Assembly (NCBI GenBank): GCA_030390025.1
Contig: CM059430.1
Coordinates: forward strand, 72,788,001 to 72,852,000
Reading direction: 5' to 3'
Origin: Squalus acanthias
Taxonomy: Eukaryota
DNA: 64,000 nucleotides
Under the pieces are notes generated by a model, which worked only from the letters and a program-made list of their open reading frames with translations, was not told where the DNA came from and did no database searches. This document shows, one piece after another, positions 51,313 to 64,000 of the stretch; the first letter of the stretch is position 1, and each line of letters begins with the position of its first letter. The position numbers and the translations under genes are program-made.

Positions 51313-54309
51313 GGTCTAGATATTCGGGTTTTTAGCACTGGCTGTTAAGGCCAATTTTGAAGAAAAAATGGCAGCCGCCTCGCATCCGCCCGCTTCCAGT
51401 GGGTTCCGTGGTGGCCGCCATTTTGGGCTGTTCGAAAGTGATACGTTTGCCTGTGCTTGCTGCATAAATGCAAATGAGGCAAATCGTGACGTCAATGAGT
51501 GGCAACGCTCACTTGACGCCCGATCTGCCATTTGCCTGTCACCGCGCAACTTTCCGCCCCCTCCTTATCACGGCCAGCTGACCAGCGTTCAAGAGGAGGA
51601 AGCGATATTTAAAGGGATCATCAGCAACAAACCTTGTCCAATCCCTTATTAAGTGTCGTTCGTGTGCTTTTCCTACTCTTGTGCTCCTACTCAGTGCTCC
51701 CCCAGTGACTGCAGCATGGCTGGTGGAAGGCTGCTGACTTTCAGTGGGGCAGAGTAGAGATGGCCTTGCAGGACGACCTCGACCAGCTGTGGGCCCAGAA
51801 GGCACTGCTGTAGACTGCACTACCTCGGAATGGACGGCAGCAATCCGTGCTGACTGGCTGATAGGCAGTGGCAAAGGCAATGGCTGAGTGGCAGTGCTGG
51901 CAGTAGGAAGGCTGTCATTCTGAGAGAAGACAGCAGATTCTTGCTCGGCAGACACTTCCACTCCCCCTGGACGGTGTCTCTGCATTCCTAGCCATCTGTT
52001 TGAGGCTAAATTGCGGGACAGTGGCGACACCCGTCAAAACCCTTTTTTTCACTCGTAAACCAGCGACGATGGCAGCAGTCTGAGCTTACGTGGCAGCAAA
52101 AAGAAAGGAAGACTTGCATTTATTTAGCGCCTTTCACGACCACCGGACGTCTCAAAGCGCTTTACAGCCAATGAAGTACTTTTGGAATGTAGTCATTGTA
52201 GTAATGTGGGAAACGCAGCAGCCAATTTGCGCACAGCAAGCTCCCACAAACAGCAATGTGATAATGACCAGATAATCTGTTTTTGTTATGTTTGTTGAGG
52301 GATAAATATTGGCCAGGACACCGGGGATAACTCCACTGCTCTTCTTAGAAATAGCGCATGGGATCTTTTCCGTCCACCTGAGAGAGCAGACGGGGGCTCA
52401 GTTTAACTTCTCATCCGAAAGACGCCACCACCGACAGTGCAGCACTCCCTCAGCACTGCACTGGTGTGTCAGCCTAGCTTTACGTGCTCAAGTCCCTGGA
52501 CTGGGACTATGAGCCCGCAATTTTCTGACTCAGAGGCGAGTGCGCCACCAATAAGCCACAGCTGAGACGGCATGAGAGCTGTTTGAGCTTGCGTGGCAGC
52601 AAGCTGAGCATTCAGGAGAGCTGTTTATTCTTGCACTGCAGCACTGAGACGTTGGCTCAATTCTGCCGGTGCTGCAATTGAAGCTGCGACATTGCCCATC
52701 ACATGCAGCATCATGTCTGGGTCCACAAAGTCTCTCATGGAGTTGTCCATCATTTCCATCCTGCAAATAATGGGCTCCAAGCTCTGTGCAAAGCCCTGTC
52801 CAATATTACAGGCGGACTCCTCCATGCTCCTTGACATTGACAAGCGTCCCTCTGACAGGATTGCCATTGCAGTAGCATTTCCGTGTCCATGCCCATTTCC
52901 CTTCTTCTGAAAGCCGCCTCATCGAGGTCATCATTTGAGTCCTGTGCAGAATAACTCGTGCACAAACTCGCCCTCCGGGGAGCTGGCCCCTGAGCTATCC
53001 TTTCCCCTGGCCTTGCTGCAGCCGACTCATGCCCGGTGCCTTACTATGTTCAGATCCCGCCTCTATACTACGCTCTATATACTGTACAGTGCCGTTGTCT
53101 GCGAGTGTCAGATCCAGAGACTGTCTGTCTTCTTTTCCTTCACTCTGCTCCTACATTATTTCGGAGACAGACTGGGCTAGTGGGACTTCTTGGGTATCTG
53201 AAAGGAAAAAGGCACAAGGGTCGGGTTGTGGAGGGGGGAAGCAAGATATCCATGCATACACCATCACCAGATGTAAATGAGAAGAGATTGTGGGATCAGG
53301 GTGAAGTGGGATGCGGGAGGAAGGATTAGGAACTACCACACCGTCATTATTAGCAACGGCTTGAACTTCTCCCGTTGCCACGGCTTCGGTCACTGCCCCT
53401 TCAATAATGCCAAACATGGATTCCTCCAGTTCTCTGGGGTTCTTTATAACAGCTTGACGCCTCCCGTCTGCCGCTGTTCAATACTGTACTGTGCCATCTT
53501 TGCTGTAAGCAAAGTGTGTCGGTGAGTATGGTGCAATGTGTTTGGGTAATGTGCCTTCCATATTTGAATAGCTGTCATTGTGTGCAAGGTGTGAAATGTG
53601 GATGTGAGTGTTGCAGTGGTGGTAAGGTTGTGAAGGTGATGTGAAGGCATGATTTTAAGGTATGAGTGTTGATAGCTGGAGATTGCAGGTAGCTGAGTGA
53701 TAGGATATGGTTCATTGAGCACTGTGTGAGGCTTGTGGTGCAGATGGTGGGCTATGGCATTTGCTGAAGCCTTCACTCACTTTGACCTGCTGTGTGTGGT
53801 AATTAAACTTTTTTCGGCACTGGATCCACATCCTTGGAATCACACTGTTTGCGGTGACAGAGTTAGTTATCTCCTCCAAGAGCCTTCTGCAAGTAGCCTT
53901 GGATGGCTTCCTGCCAGCATCCAGAAGACCACACGCCCTCTTTTAAAGGCCACGTCCAAGGTCTACAGAGCAGCATCCGCGAAACTTTGTGCTCGCTCCC
54001 TAGTTTGCTGAGCCAGTTCTTCAGCCTGACTGACAAAGAGATGCTGCTGCAACAAAGCACCTCCTCTTTAAGTAGTGCAGAGAGTCAAGCCCAATCATTT
54101 CTGGCAATTAGACTGCGCCCGATATAAGCCCACCTGTTCATCGCTAAGCCAATCAGCAACGCGTTTTAGCTGAGATTCAGAGCTCCAATCATGATAAAGG
54201 GCAGGCAGCACAAATTTTGCTTGCTGCGTGCACCACCTTCAAGGAGCACAGGCAAATAGCCCTGGCCCTTGGCACCGCCAATTTTCGGGCCTAATTCAAT
54301 GTCTAGGCC
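51313..54309 (-). mobile_element. Non-autonomous Harbinger (Myb-like gene only) inserted in the CR1 endonuclease region
   Basis: TIR GGTCTAGATATT / AATGTCTAGGCC, exact TSD AGA, CR1 frame rejoins across it. WIQCRKKFN motif at ~53800-53830. Confidence 0.85.
52106..52568 (-). mobile_element. tRNA-head, Deu-domain SINE with L2-type tail, nested in the Harbinger
   Basis: A/B-box-like head (tggcttattgg..gggctcatagtccc), central aaaagatcccatg..ggtgtcctggccaatatt, tail aaggcgctaaataaatgcaagtctt. Confidence 0.8.
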
Positions 54310-57300
54310 AGAATATATTTGCTTAAAGCTAAGGAGCAGTAGAAAAACTGTTACTCTGCTGGGTGTATATAAAGACCAACAAAAATTAGTAAGAATATAG
54401 AGGAGAAAGTCTGCAAGTAAATTTCAGAAATATGTAAATATGATAGGCTACTGATAATCGGGGACTTTACTTATCCTAATATGGACTGGGGAAACATTGT
54501 GAAGTGCAAAGATGGGGAGGAAAACCTAAAATGTATACAGGAGTCCTTTACTGATCAGGAAGATTCTTGGCAAACGAGGAAGGAAGCAGTGTTGGCTCTA
54601 GTTCTAGGGAATGAACTGGGGCAAATGGAGCATGTTTCAGTGGCAGAGTATCTGCGAAACAGTGATCGGAATGTCATTATGTTTATAGTAGTAATGGAAA
54701 GGAAAAAGGAACAATCAAACGTGAAGATTCCAAGCTGGAAAAGGGTAATTTCAGTGAGCTGAATATGGACCTGAGCCAGGTCGACTGGAAACAAAGACTA
54801 GCAGACAAAACCGTAAATGATCAATGGGAGGCCATCGAAGAACAGATGTGCGGGTAAAGACTAAAGACATTCCTAGGAGGGGGACTGGAGGTTCATCCAA
54901 AGATAGAGTTCCCTGGATAACTAAAGAACTTGAGATTAAAATGAAGCAGAAAAAAGGAGTTGTATAACAATAGGTTCATAATACAGTAGAGCATCAAGCA
55001 GAATACAGAAAGTGCAGAGGAACACTTAGAAAGTGAAATACGAGGAGCAATGAGAATAAATGAGAAAGGAATAGCGGGTAAGATAAAAGAGAACACAAAC
55101 GTCTTTTATGAACATATAAAGATTAAAAGGATAGTCAAAGCAGTTGTGGGGCCGATTAGGGACCAAAAAGGAAATCTTCTCTTGAAGGCAGAGAGCAAGG
55201 CTAATGTACTAAATGAGTAGGATGCTATTATTACAGTAAAGGAGGAGGGATTAAAAATGGGTTAAAATGGATAAAATAGATAAATAGGAGGTAATTGAAA
55301 GGTAGCTTATGCTTAAAGTAGAATGGGATACATCCTAAGGTTGCTGAGGGAAGTAAGGGTGGAAATAGCGGAGGCTCTGGCCGCAATCTTTCAATCCTCC
55401 TTGTGGTTGGTGGTTGTGCCAGATAACTGCAGCGTTGTAAATGTTCACCACTGTTCAAAAAATGGAAATGGATAAACCCAGTATCATTCAGGCCACAGCC
55501 TATTGTCGGTGGTGCAGATTTTTTAATATATCATAATCAGCAACAAACTTTTTTTCACTTGGAAAAATATACGTTCATTAATGACAGTAAGTATGGATTT
55601 TTTTTAAAGGCAAGTTATGTCTGACAAATCTGATTGAGTTCTTCGCGATGAAATAACAGAGGTTTGCTGAAGGTAATGCAGTTGATGCTGTGTACATAGC
55701 CTTGCAAAAGGCATTTGATGAAGTGTCACACTATACACTTGCTATAAAAATTGGAGCCCGTAGGATTAGAGCGGGATTGAGAACATTGATACGAAATTGC
55801 CTAAGAGACAGAAAGCAGAGTTTCGTGTTAAACTGTTGTTCTTCATACTGAATGGAATTTAATAGTGGTGTTCCCCAGTGATTTGTATTAGGATCACTGC
55901 TCTTTCTGATATATATTAATGATCTGGACTTGGTAATATGTGGCACAATTTTTAAATTTGCAGATACCTCAATAGCTTAAAATGTAGAAAGCAGTGGGGA
56001 TGATAGTAGCAGACTTCAGGAGTCAGACACTGACTGGTGAAATGGGCAGACACATGGTCGATCACATAGAATGCAGAGAAGTGTGAAGTGATGCATTTTT
56101 TGCAAGAATGCGGAGAGGGATTATAAAATAAATGATACAATGTTAAAGTGGAAGCTGGAACAGACAGATCTGTAGGTTAACATACACACATCTTTGCATG
56201 TGGCACGATTAGTTGATCAGATTGCAAAAAAAAATGAGATCCTTGGCTTTATGAATAAAGACATATAGTACAAAAGCAAGGAAGTTATGCTGAAACTTTA
56301 TAGATCGCTGGTTCGTCCTCAGCTGGAGTATTGTGTCCAACTGTGAGCACCGCACTTTAGGAAGGATGTCCAGGCATTACAGAGAGTGCACAGGAAACTT
56401 ATAATTATGATAACAGGGATGAAGGATTTTAGTTATGTGGAGAGACTGGAGAAATTGGGATTTTTCTCCTTAAAGCAGAGAACGTTACAGGCTATTTTAT
56501 TAGAGGTGGTAAAGATTTTGAGATGCTTTTGTAAAATGAATAATTGGAAACTGTTTCCACTGGCAGGAGGGGAGGCAACCAGAGGACACTGATAAAAGGT
56601 AATTTGCAAAACTGCAGGGGGAAAATTCGGAGATTTTATAGCGCAATGAGCTGCTATGATCCGGAAAGCACTGCCTGAAAGGGTGAAGAAAAATATTCAA
56701 TAATGACTTTCAGAAGGAATTGGTTATAAGCTTGAAAATGAAATATGTGCAGGGCTTCTGTGAAAGGCCGGGCTAGTGGGGCTATTTGGATAGCTGTTTC
56801 AAAGTGCCGGCACAGGAACGATGGGTCGAATGGCCTCCTTCTGCGCTGTAAGTTTCTACGAGTCTAGGTCGCGTCATTACGGTTTCACGGCAGCTGAGGA
56901 TGTGTAATCAATGCAACCTGTGAGAACTTCGCAAATTCGGATCAAAAGTTTATAAATGGATTAAAGTACAATGTATTTACTGAGATATAACGACTGAAGC
57001 AAAATTACCCATACTTTAAAAAAGTATGAAAGTAATTATGTGTCGAATGTAGTCACTGTAAAGAATAGAAATCCTATGCAACATGAATGAGTACCTCGGC
57101 TAAAATAGGATTAAAAAGTCAAATAATACATGCCAAGGATAAACTAGGAATGATTTTGGACTGATATAGAAATGTACTGCAACATATTAGAATGTACTGG
57201 AGATTAAAACGGCGCCGGAGAGATGAATATAATTGAATATTCAGAACACCAAAAAAACCTTCTGATGTCATAAAATGTTAGGTGCCTTTTTAGAGGCAAA

Positions 57301-58974
57301 AACTGTTGGGATGTTAATTATACATTTAAACACCGCACTCGGACAGTTAGGACACTAAACGGTGTGCTTCTTTGGACCTCCCCTCGTCCTTGAGTGTCTT
57401 TAATTTGTGATTTGAAGCAGGGCTGTATTTGGGGAAATTAAATTCAGTTTGGCTTTAATTTATTTTCCAAACCTTATTTCCTTGTTTGATCTGATTGTTG
57501 TACTGTGAACGCTTAAATCGGCATTTAGCAGTTTGTGGTCAGTCCAATAAAGAGTTTTACTTTCATTTACATGTCGCGTTGTTACATTTCAAACTTTCAG
57601 AGGCTTCACACAGTTAATTATTTTTACACCGCGGTGACTATCGATTAGACAAGAGCCAGAATCAATCCACAAACAGCACTACCGATAATATCCAGCTAAT
57701 CTGCTTCTTAAGTGGTAATATAGATAGTGCAATGATGACCAGGGCCAACAAAAGTGCTGTGGAATCTGTACCGAAGTGTGAACAGACAGAAGGCTTCGCC
57801 TTAACATTTCATCTGAAGGACTCCGCCTCGTACGTCCTGAATACCGCAGCGGAACATGCGCTCAAATCAAGTTCGAACCAACATCCTCACAACCGGAGAC
57901 GTGCGTAATATCAATACTGATGTTGCAATAGACCAGGTTCAATTTGTCGCACTAACCGCTGCATATATCTACCCAGGATAATAGTGTTCAAATATTCTTG
58001 ACAATTATATTTCGTCTTGTCCAGTCGATCATCCCGGTGATTAACAGCTCCTGATCCTTACGGAACGGGATTAACTGCGCACTTCCAGTTCTTTATATTC
58101 TGGACGTTTCGGTCATATAGTGTAGGTTCCATCATTCAAAGATGAATTGGGAGCATGAAGCGGACATGTAGACCGGAGAACACTACAATTCTGCTGCAAG
58201 ACTGAAGGGATCAAAAGCGAATGAACTTGCATTTTCATCTAAATTTTAACAACAGCCTCTCCTAATTTTCACCCCCAATAAGAAGCGTTTCTTCTTTACA
58301 ACAATTGACACTTTAATAGAAAGCACCCACATTTCTCGCGATGAAGCTATGGAGAAATGAAGGATGTCTCGTTCTAAAGCTAAACCTGTATTGGTTTATC
58401 TTGCTATGTTTTGCAAATTGGTAACCGCATGGTGTGCAGTTCTCTCGGGTGAAGTGTAAAAAGGTACTGCCAAGAGCAGTAAGAATACAGATAATCGCCA
58501 TCCCCTTTAAAATATTTACAATTATGAAATAATTCAATCTAAATGCTTCACTTTAACTACCTTTTCGGAATTTTACACAGTTGTGTAGAATACAACTGGG
58601 CAATCCACATAACAATGTCTATTTTATTCAAGGTGAAATCCTGTAACAATTACTCCGATTGTGATATATTGTATTAGTGAACAAAATAAGTTCAAGAGGA
58701 GCCCTGTTACCTTGGAAAAAATAATTTCAGTTAACTGGTTCACAATAAGTAGCTTAATGGCTCCATAAAACAGCAAACACAGGAGGCGATCATAAAGGGA
58801 TGAAAACTAGAACGATGATCTCCTGTGGTACGTCAACAATTTTGAGCATTAACAAAAATAGTGCGGGGGATTTGAAGAAAGGTGGAAGCAAAATAGTTCG
58901 GGACTGAAACAAGTGCACATCGCGTAATTTACTGGCGGTGGTTCAAAACAATGCAATGAATAGACATAGAAGCA

Positions 58975-60372
58975 ATATTAAAGCTCAGGGGGCATTGATT
59001 TAAATTCATTTGTAGAAGGATTAGAGGGGAGTTGAGGAGAACCTTTTTCAGCCAGAGGGTGCTTGGGATCTGGAATTCACTGCCTGAAAGGGTGGTAGAG
59101 GTAGAGATCCTCATCACATTTAAAATGTTCGTGGATATGAACTTGAAGTGCCATAACCTACAATGCTAAGGACTAACGGCTGGAAAGTGGGATTAGGCTG
59201 AATGTCTATTTTTCGGCCGTCACACACACGGTATACCGAATGGCCTACTTTTGTGCCGTAAATTTCTATGATTATAGGATTAATCGGATGGTGGCAGCGT
59301 GGGTACAGAACAGAAAGTGAAGAATAGTGGTGAACGGTTGTTTTTAAGACTGGAGGTAATTATGCAATGATGTTCCCCAGGGATCGGTAATAGGACCATT
59401 GCTATTTTTGATATATATTAATGACCTAACTTGGCAGGGCATAATTTCAAAGTTTGCAGATGACATGAAACTCTGAGATCTAGTAAACAATGAGCGGCAT
59501 AGTAGCAAACAAACTTCAGGAGGACATAGACGGACGTGAAATGGGCAAACTCATGGCAGATGACATTTAACGCGGAGAAGTGTGAAGTGATACATTTTGG
59601 TAGGAAGAATGAGGAGAGACAATATGAACTAAATGGTGAAATTTTAAAGATGGTGCAGAAACAGAGAGACCTGGAGGAATGTGTACACAAATCTTTGAAG
59701 GTGGCAGGATAAGTGAGAAGGCCATAAAAAAGCCGAGGGATTCTTGACTTTATTAATAGAGGCATCGAGTAGACAAGTAAGGAAGTTATGCTAAATCTTT
59801 ATAACGCTCTGGTTAGGCGTCAGCTGGAATAATGTGCACAATTCTGGGCAGCCCACTTTGGGAAGGATGTCAAGGCCTTCGAGTCAGTGCAGAACAGATT
59901 TACTAGAATGGTACGAGGGATGAGGGACTTCAGTTATGTGCAGCGATTGGAGAACCTGGCTTGTTCTCTATTGGCGTTGAACCGAGAGGGTTAATAGGAA
60001 ATTTGATAGGGGTGATTAAGATCATGAAGTGTTTTGATAAAGTAATAAGTCGATATTGTTTCCAGTCGCAGAAGGCTCGGTAACCCAAGGACACAGATTT
60101 AAAGTGATAGGGAAAAGAACTAGAGGCGACATGAGGACCTTTTTTACACAACATGTTGTTGTAATCTGGAAAGCATTGCCTGAAAGGTTTGAAGTAAATT
60201 TAATAGTACCTTTCAAACGGAAATTAGATTGGATAAATACTTTGAAGGGGAAAACCTACAGTTCTATGGGGGACAGAGACAGTGAGTGGGACTAACTGGT
60301 TAGCTCTTTCCAACAGCCGGCACAGACGCGATGTGGGCCGAATGCGTTCCTTCTGAGTTGTATAATTCTATG
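58975..60372 (+). mobile_element. Two CR1 3' fragments in tandem (58975-59275, 59290-60372)
   Basis: [36 protein letters not shown]1-type 3' UTRs. Confidence 0.8.
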
Positions 60373-60529
60373 ATTATATGAACAGTAAGGCCTCAATTGT
60401 ACCTTGGGCCCCCATCTATAGGTATTAATATCATCAAAGATTCCCCTTCCTGTTGGTATCCAGTTTCTCCCTCTAGAATATGCTGGTATGGACGGGGTTT
60501 GTTCAATTTCTGGTGCGAACAAGGTGCAA

Positions 60530-60960
60530 TAAGAAGAAACGCTTTATATTTATATAGCGCCTTTCACACATTCAAGCCTCCCAAAACACGTCATAACCAA
60601 TTAATTACTTTTGGAAGTTTTCTCACTTGTTGTATAGGAAAATATGGCAGTCAAATAGCGCAACGAAAGTGGCCACATACTACAATTAGAATAGTCTTCT
60701 GTGAACTGTATTGGTGGCGTTCTGAGTGTAATAAACATAGGCTGCTCGAATACTGCTATGGGATCTTTTACATTATGAACAAGCTGATAGGGTTTCCATT
60801 TAATGTTTCTTCCGAATAGTAATGCTTCTAACAAATAGTACGGTAGACAATGCATCATACCTTCCGAACAGCGCTGAAATGTTAGCCGAGGTTATGCGTT
60901 CAAGGCCTGGCGAAGGGATTTAAACACATACCCGTCTTACTCAGACAAGAGTACAACCAC
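60530..60960 (-). mobile_element. Decayed tRNA/Deu SINE
   Basis: atttatatagcgcctttcac...atgggatcttttac matches 52106-52568. Confidence 0.6.
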
Positions 60961-60998
60961 ACAAAGATCGTTACTCTAACGCTGTGTACGGACCCACT

Positions 60999-61743
60999 GG
61001 GCCAGAAATTGGGGTCTCCAGGGGTGAGTAGGCGCTGTGTACTCACCCGTAGGCCCAACGAAAGTGCCGGTTTCGCGCATGCACTGCGCATGCGCTGGAA
61101 ACTGGAACCTCCGTTCCCTTGAAGGAAGGGGTTCGGAGGTCAAACGCGTGCTCCGGAGAGGCAGCGCGCACGCATCGGACTTCCGTTTATTTTTCAGGTT
61201 TTTGTGTGAGAGTAAGTCCCCAGCAACTGCGCGGATAAAAGCAGGCGCAAGGCCTGCTTTTAAGATAAGTGGTGAATTAACTAAAATTAAAACATTTTTT
61301 CCACAGGTTTATTATTTTTAAATACTTTAAAGAAAGGTAAGTTTATTTTTAGCCCCGTTAAAAATTGTAATTATTTTTTTCAAAAATTTAAATGATTGTT
61401 TAAAATAGTTAATTTGTGTAATTTAAAGTTATTTTAAATATGTGATTTTATAAAAAATGTATTCAAGTTTTAGTGAGGTTTTGGGGCCGATCTCTATTCA
61501 CAGATTTGACAGATCTATGAATGGAGATACCCTGCTCCGATTGGCTCTCCATGGCCCATGTGTTCCAAGGGGTTGCTTCGAATTAACTGCGCCCCTGGGA
61601 TACGGAAGCACTGCACACCGGCAGCTGCAGGAGGCCCAGGATCGGAATCGCACGCGAGCCCAGAGCACAACCGCAGGCGCACTAGTTAAGTGCAGGTTGG
61701 GGTCTTGCCCACGCGGGAAGCCTACGACCCGAATTTCTGGCCC
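60999..61743 (-). mobile_element. Harbinger MITE
   Basis: Perfect TIR GGGCCAGAAATT / AATTTCTGGCCC. Confidence 0.9.
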
Positions 61744-62370
61744 CTTGTCTATGTGTGATCAGAATGCAATCTTAAAATTGGGGCAGTGTAGAAAGTCTTT
61801 CTGGTTTCTTGGAGCTAAAATCGGCCGGGTTCTGTTAAAGGTGGGCGATGCGTTCCATCAATTTACCTGCCCTTGGCGGTGAAGGTGAAAATGACCCCCA
61901 GATTGTGGTGACTGAATATTACCCCTTGTGCGTGTACGGATCCTGAATAGAGTTTTGATAAATATGCCTGGGAATGCAACATATTTCAAAGCTCGAGAGA
62001 AGGGCCCACATAACGACAGCCCGGCGAAAAAGTAACCAAATCTCTTGGTCCACTACAACCAGTGGATCGATGTTCAACTTGCGGCCCTGTACTTATGTTG
62101 GTTTTGCCAATCGTACAGCTGTTAATGATACAGGCAATTGATTCCAATGAAATATGTTCTTACATTCTTCTGTTCTTCTGAAATATAAATCGGGCGATTT
62201 GTATAACGGGCTGTCAATCCGGAACAGCCGTTGAAAATCTACCCCGTTGGGAATTATTTCAACTTAACCCCGGTGTGGGGATCTGATGCGATTAGATGTC
62301 CAGTTTTGTATTCAACGGAAAGTGAAGCTCGGTGTGTTTGCAGATCTGAGCCAGTGAATTTATAATTATT

Positions 62371-62514
62371 GGGGTGAAATTCGTCTTCATCGGCAACGGA
62401 AAATGGATGATAAGGAAGGGGCAGTTCACTTCACTTCCGCCAGATATTCGTTTCCGTGGAAAACAAAATTGTGCCGGGTGAAAAACGGCCTACCGATGAA
62501 GATCAATTACATCC
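62371..62514. mobile_element. Mini-MITE (~145 bp)
   Basis: GGGGTGAAATTCGTCTTCATCGG / CCGATGAAGATCAATTACATCC imperfect TIRs, TSD ATT. Confidence 0.7.
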
Positions 62515-62543
62515 ATTGGCTGAGTGAAATATAAAGAGACATA

Positions 62544-63217
62544 GGCCCGTATTTTCCGATCGGAGGCTCCCTGGCTGTGGAGGCCTCCGATCTGGAAAAC
62601 ATCTACGAACTTACCTGAGGAATCTGAGGTGGTTATACTTCCGCTACTGGGCCTCTCCAAACTCGAAATGCGCAGGGCCCAGGTATCCCAGAGGCGCATG
62701 CATTTCGCAAGCATTCCTGGGATGACGTGGGCCATGGGGAGGCAATAGGAGAAGGGAATCTCCCTTCATACACTTGACAGATAGACCTGTCAAATACACG
62801 AATGGAGATAACCCCAAAAGCAATGTAAAACATTAATTAATTCTTTTAAAAAATCAGATTTTTAAAATGAGTTGAAATTACAATAAATTAAATATTTTAA
62901 ACAAAACTGTAATTTTTTGAAAAAAAATAATTGAAGTTTTTTACGGGGCTAAAAATAAACTTACCTTTTTAAAAGTATTTTTAAATGATAAATGTATGAA
63001 AAAATATAATTTTACTTTTTTCAACTCTTATGCTGGTAAAAGCAGGCCTTACGCCTGCTTTTACCAGGCGTAAGATGTCGAAGGGTTTTCTGCGCGTGGA
63101 GGTTCTCCAGAAAGCGGAACTATCCGCCCGCAGAGGCCCTTTTGTAGGGCAGGCATCCAATGACCCTACGGGTGTGTATGCAGCTCATACACACCCGTAG
63201 GCATCGGAATATATGGC
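62544..63217 (+). mobile_element. Divergent Harbinger-type MITE
   Basis: Termini ggcccgtattttccgat / atcggaatatatggc. Shares the ttgacag..ctgtcaa hairpin and aaacttacct motif. Confidence 0.7.
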
Positions 63218-64000
63218 AATAATTTAGATAACTCTGGATGAGGGTTTAACGCAAAATAACTCTTGGAATTTGTTAATGCAGCCTGAGTTGCTAATTATTC
63301 AAGATCACTGTAGTCATATCCCAGTTATAATATTGTTATTGTTTTAATATCAAATGCTGAATACTAACATTTGGGGTAGCAATACATAGATTTTATTGTT
63401 CACTAGACATTCAACTAGGTTTATATATCTGGCTGAATAACTACTGAAAAGACAAACAAAATAAAAATGAACAAATAACAAAAGCCACTGAGGTAAGCTT
63501 TGGATAACAGCAACATAACCACTATGAAAAAGCATTAGGGTACATATTAATATAACTCTAGATTACAATCTGACAAAAATCAACAAGCTAGCAAAATTGT
63601 TTTCACCCTGCGGGGCAAGATGAATTGTACCCCGTGTCGTCTTTATATAATAAGTCATTAGTTGAGATTCCAAATAGACTACAAATATATTGATCAATTG
63701 TTGATATGCATGCTTAATTAATCGTTCAGCAATATAAAGTTGGCTTTTAGCACAACGTCTTTCACGCAACTGTTATAAATTCGACCTATTAAGTATATTT
63801 CCTTACAATTCATTGGCTAATTTCTAAGGCTGTCCTGAAGACCGCAGGTTAAATTTCCATTTTCTTTTGAACGTCAGGGCGGTGTACTACCATGCAAAGG
63901 GAAACCAGATTTTGAAGATTAAGAAAACTATCATTGACGGCCTTATGCTGCAATTCTTTCCTTGTAATAATTGACAGCAATAGTTCGACGATTGTAACTT

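Larger units (their letters stand above)
51048..56850 (+). mobile_element. Degenerate CR1 ORF2 (endonuclease plus RT) and 3' UTR with a nested Harbinger
   Basis: LECMYVNAQS...ETCL...IPGYNIFRKDR; IIGDFTYPNMDW; [19 protein letters not shown]; LVRPQLEYCVQ. Confidence 0.85.

Noticed and set aside
52081-52602. 19-bp near-direct repeat around the SINE as a TSD
   Set aside because: It does not abut the SINE head and fits an internal peptide repeat of the Harbinger Myb-like gene (AQTA.. repeats, compare ORF 28004-28435).
1-64000. CRISPR arrays, rRNA or true tRNA genes, domesticated HARBI1
   Set aside because: No repeat-spacer arrays or rRNA are visible, tRNA-like parts are SINE heads, and the transposase copies are frameshifted.

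Overview
Vertebrate genomic DNA, most likely a shark (inferred from CR1 LINEs with (TTCTTATG)n tails, L2 remnants, a tRNA/Deu-domain SINE and many Harbinger elements). Most of the window is nested transposons. It holds a segmental duplication: 1-18478 is paralogous to 34283-51046, roughly 10% diverged by eye, with different TE content. Each copy carries a six-exon minus-strand Ig-superfamily gene: 46-nt leader, germline-joined VJ-type domain, C1-set domain, TM exon with a membrane Arg, and two cytoplasmic exons. Copy 1 (6243-13633) splices into an uninterrupted 314-aa ORF ending at a TAG where an ITSM tyrosine would be expected. Copy 2 (39399-48120) has a Harbinger MITE in the V exon, a lost V donor and a tail frameshift. 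It is probably a pseudogene, although the lesions could yield a secreted single-V protein. A truncated plus-strand C1 exon lies in each copy, and a possible TM exon of a third gene lies near 58.4 kb. A ~750-bp Harbinger MITE family shows target-site reuse, covarying hairpins and clustered splice donors.
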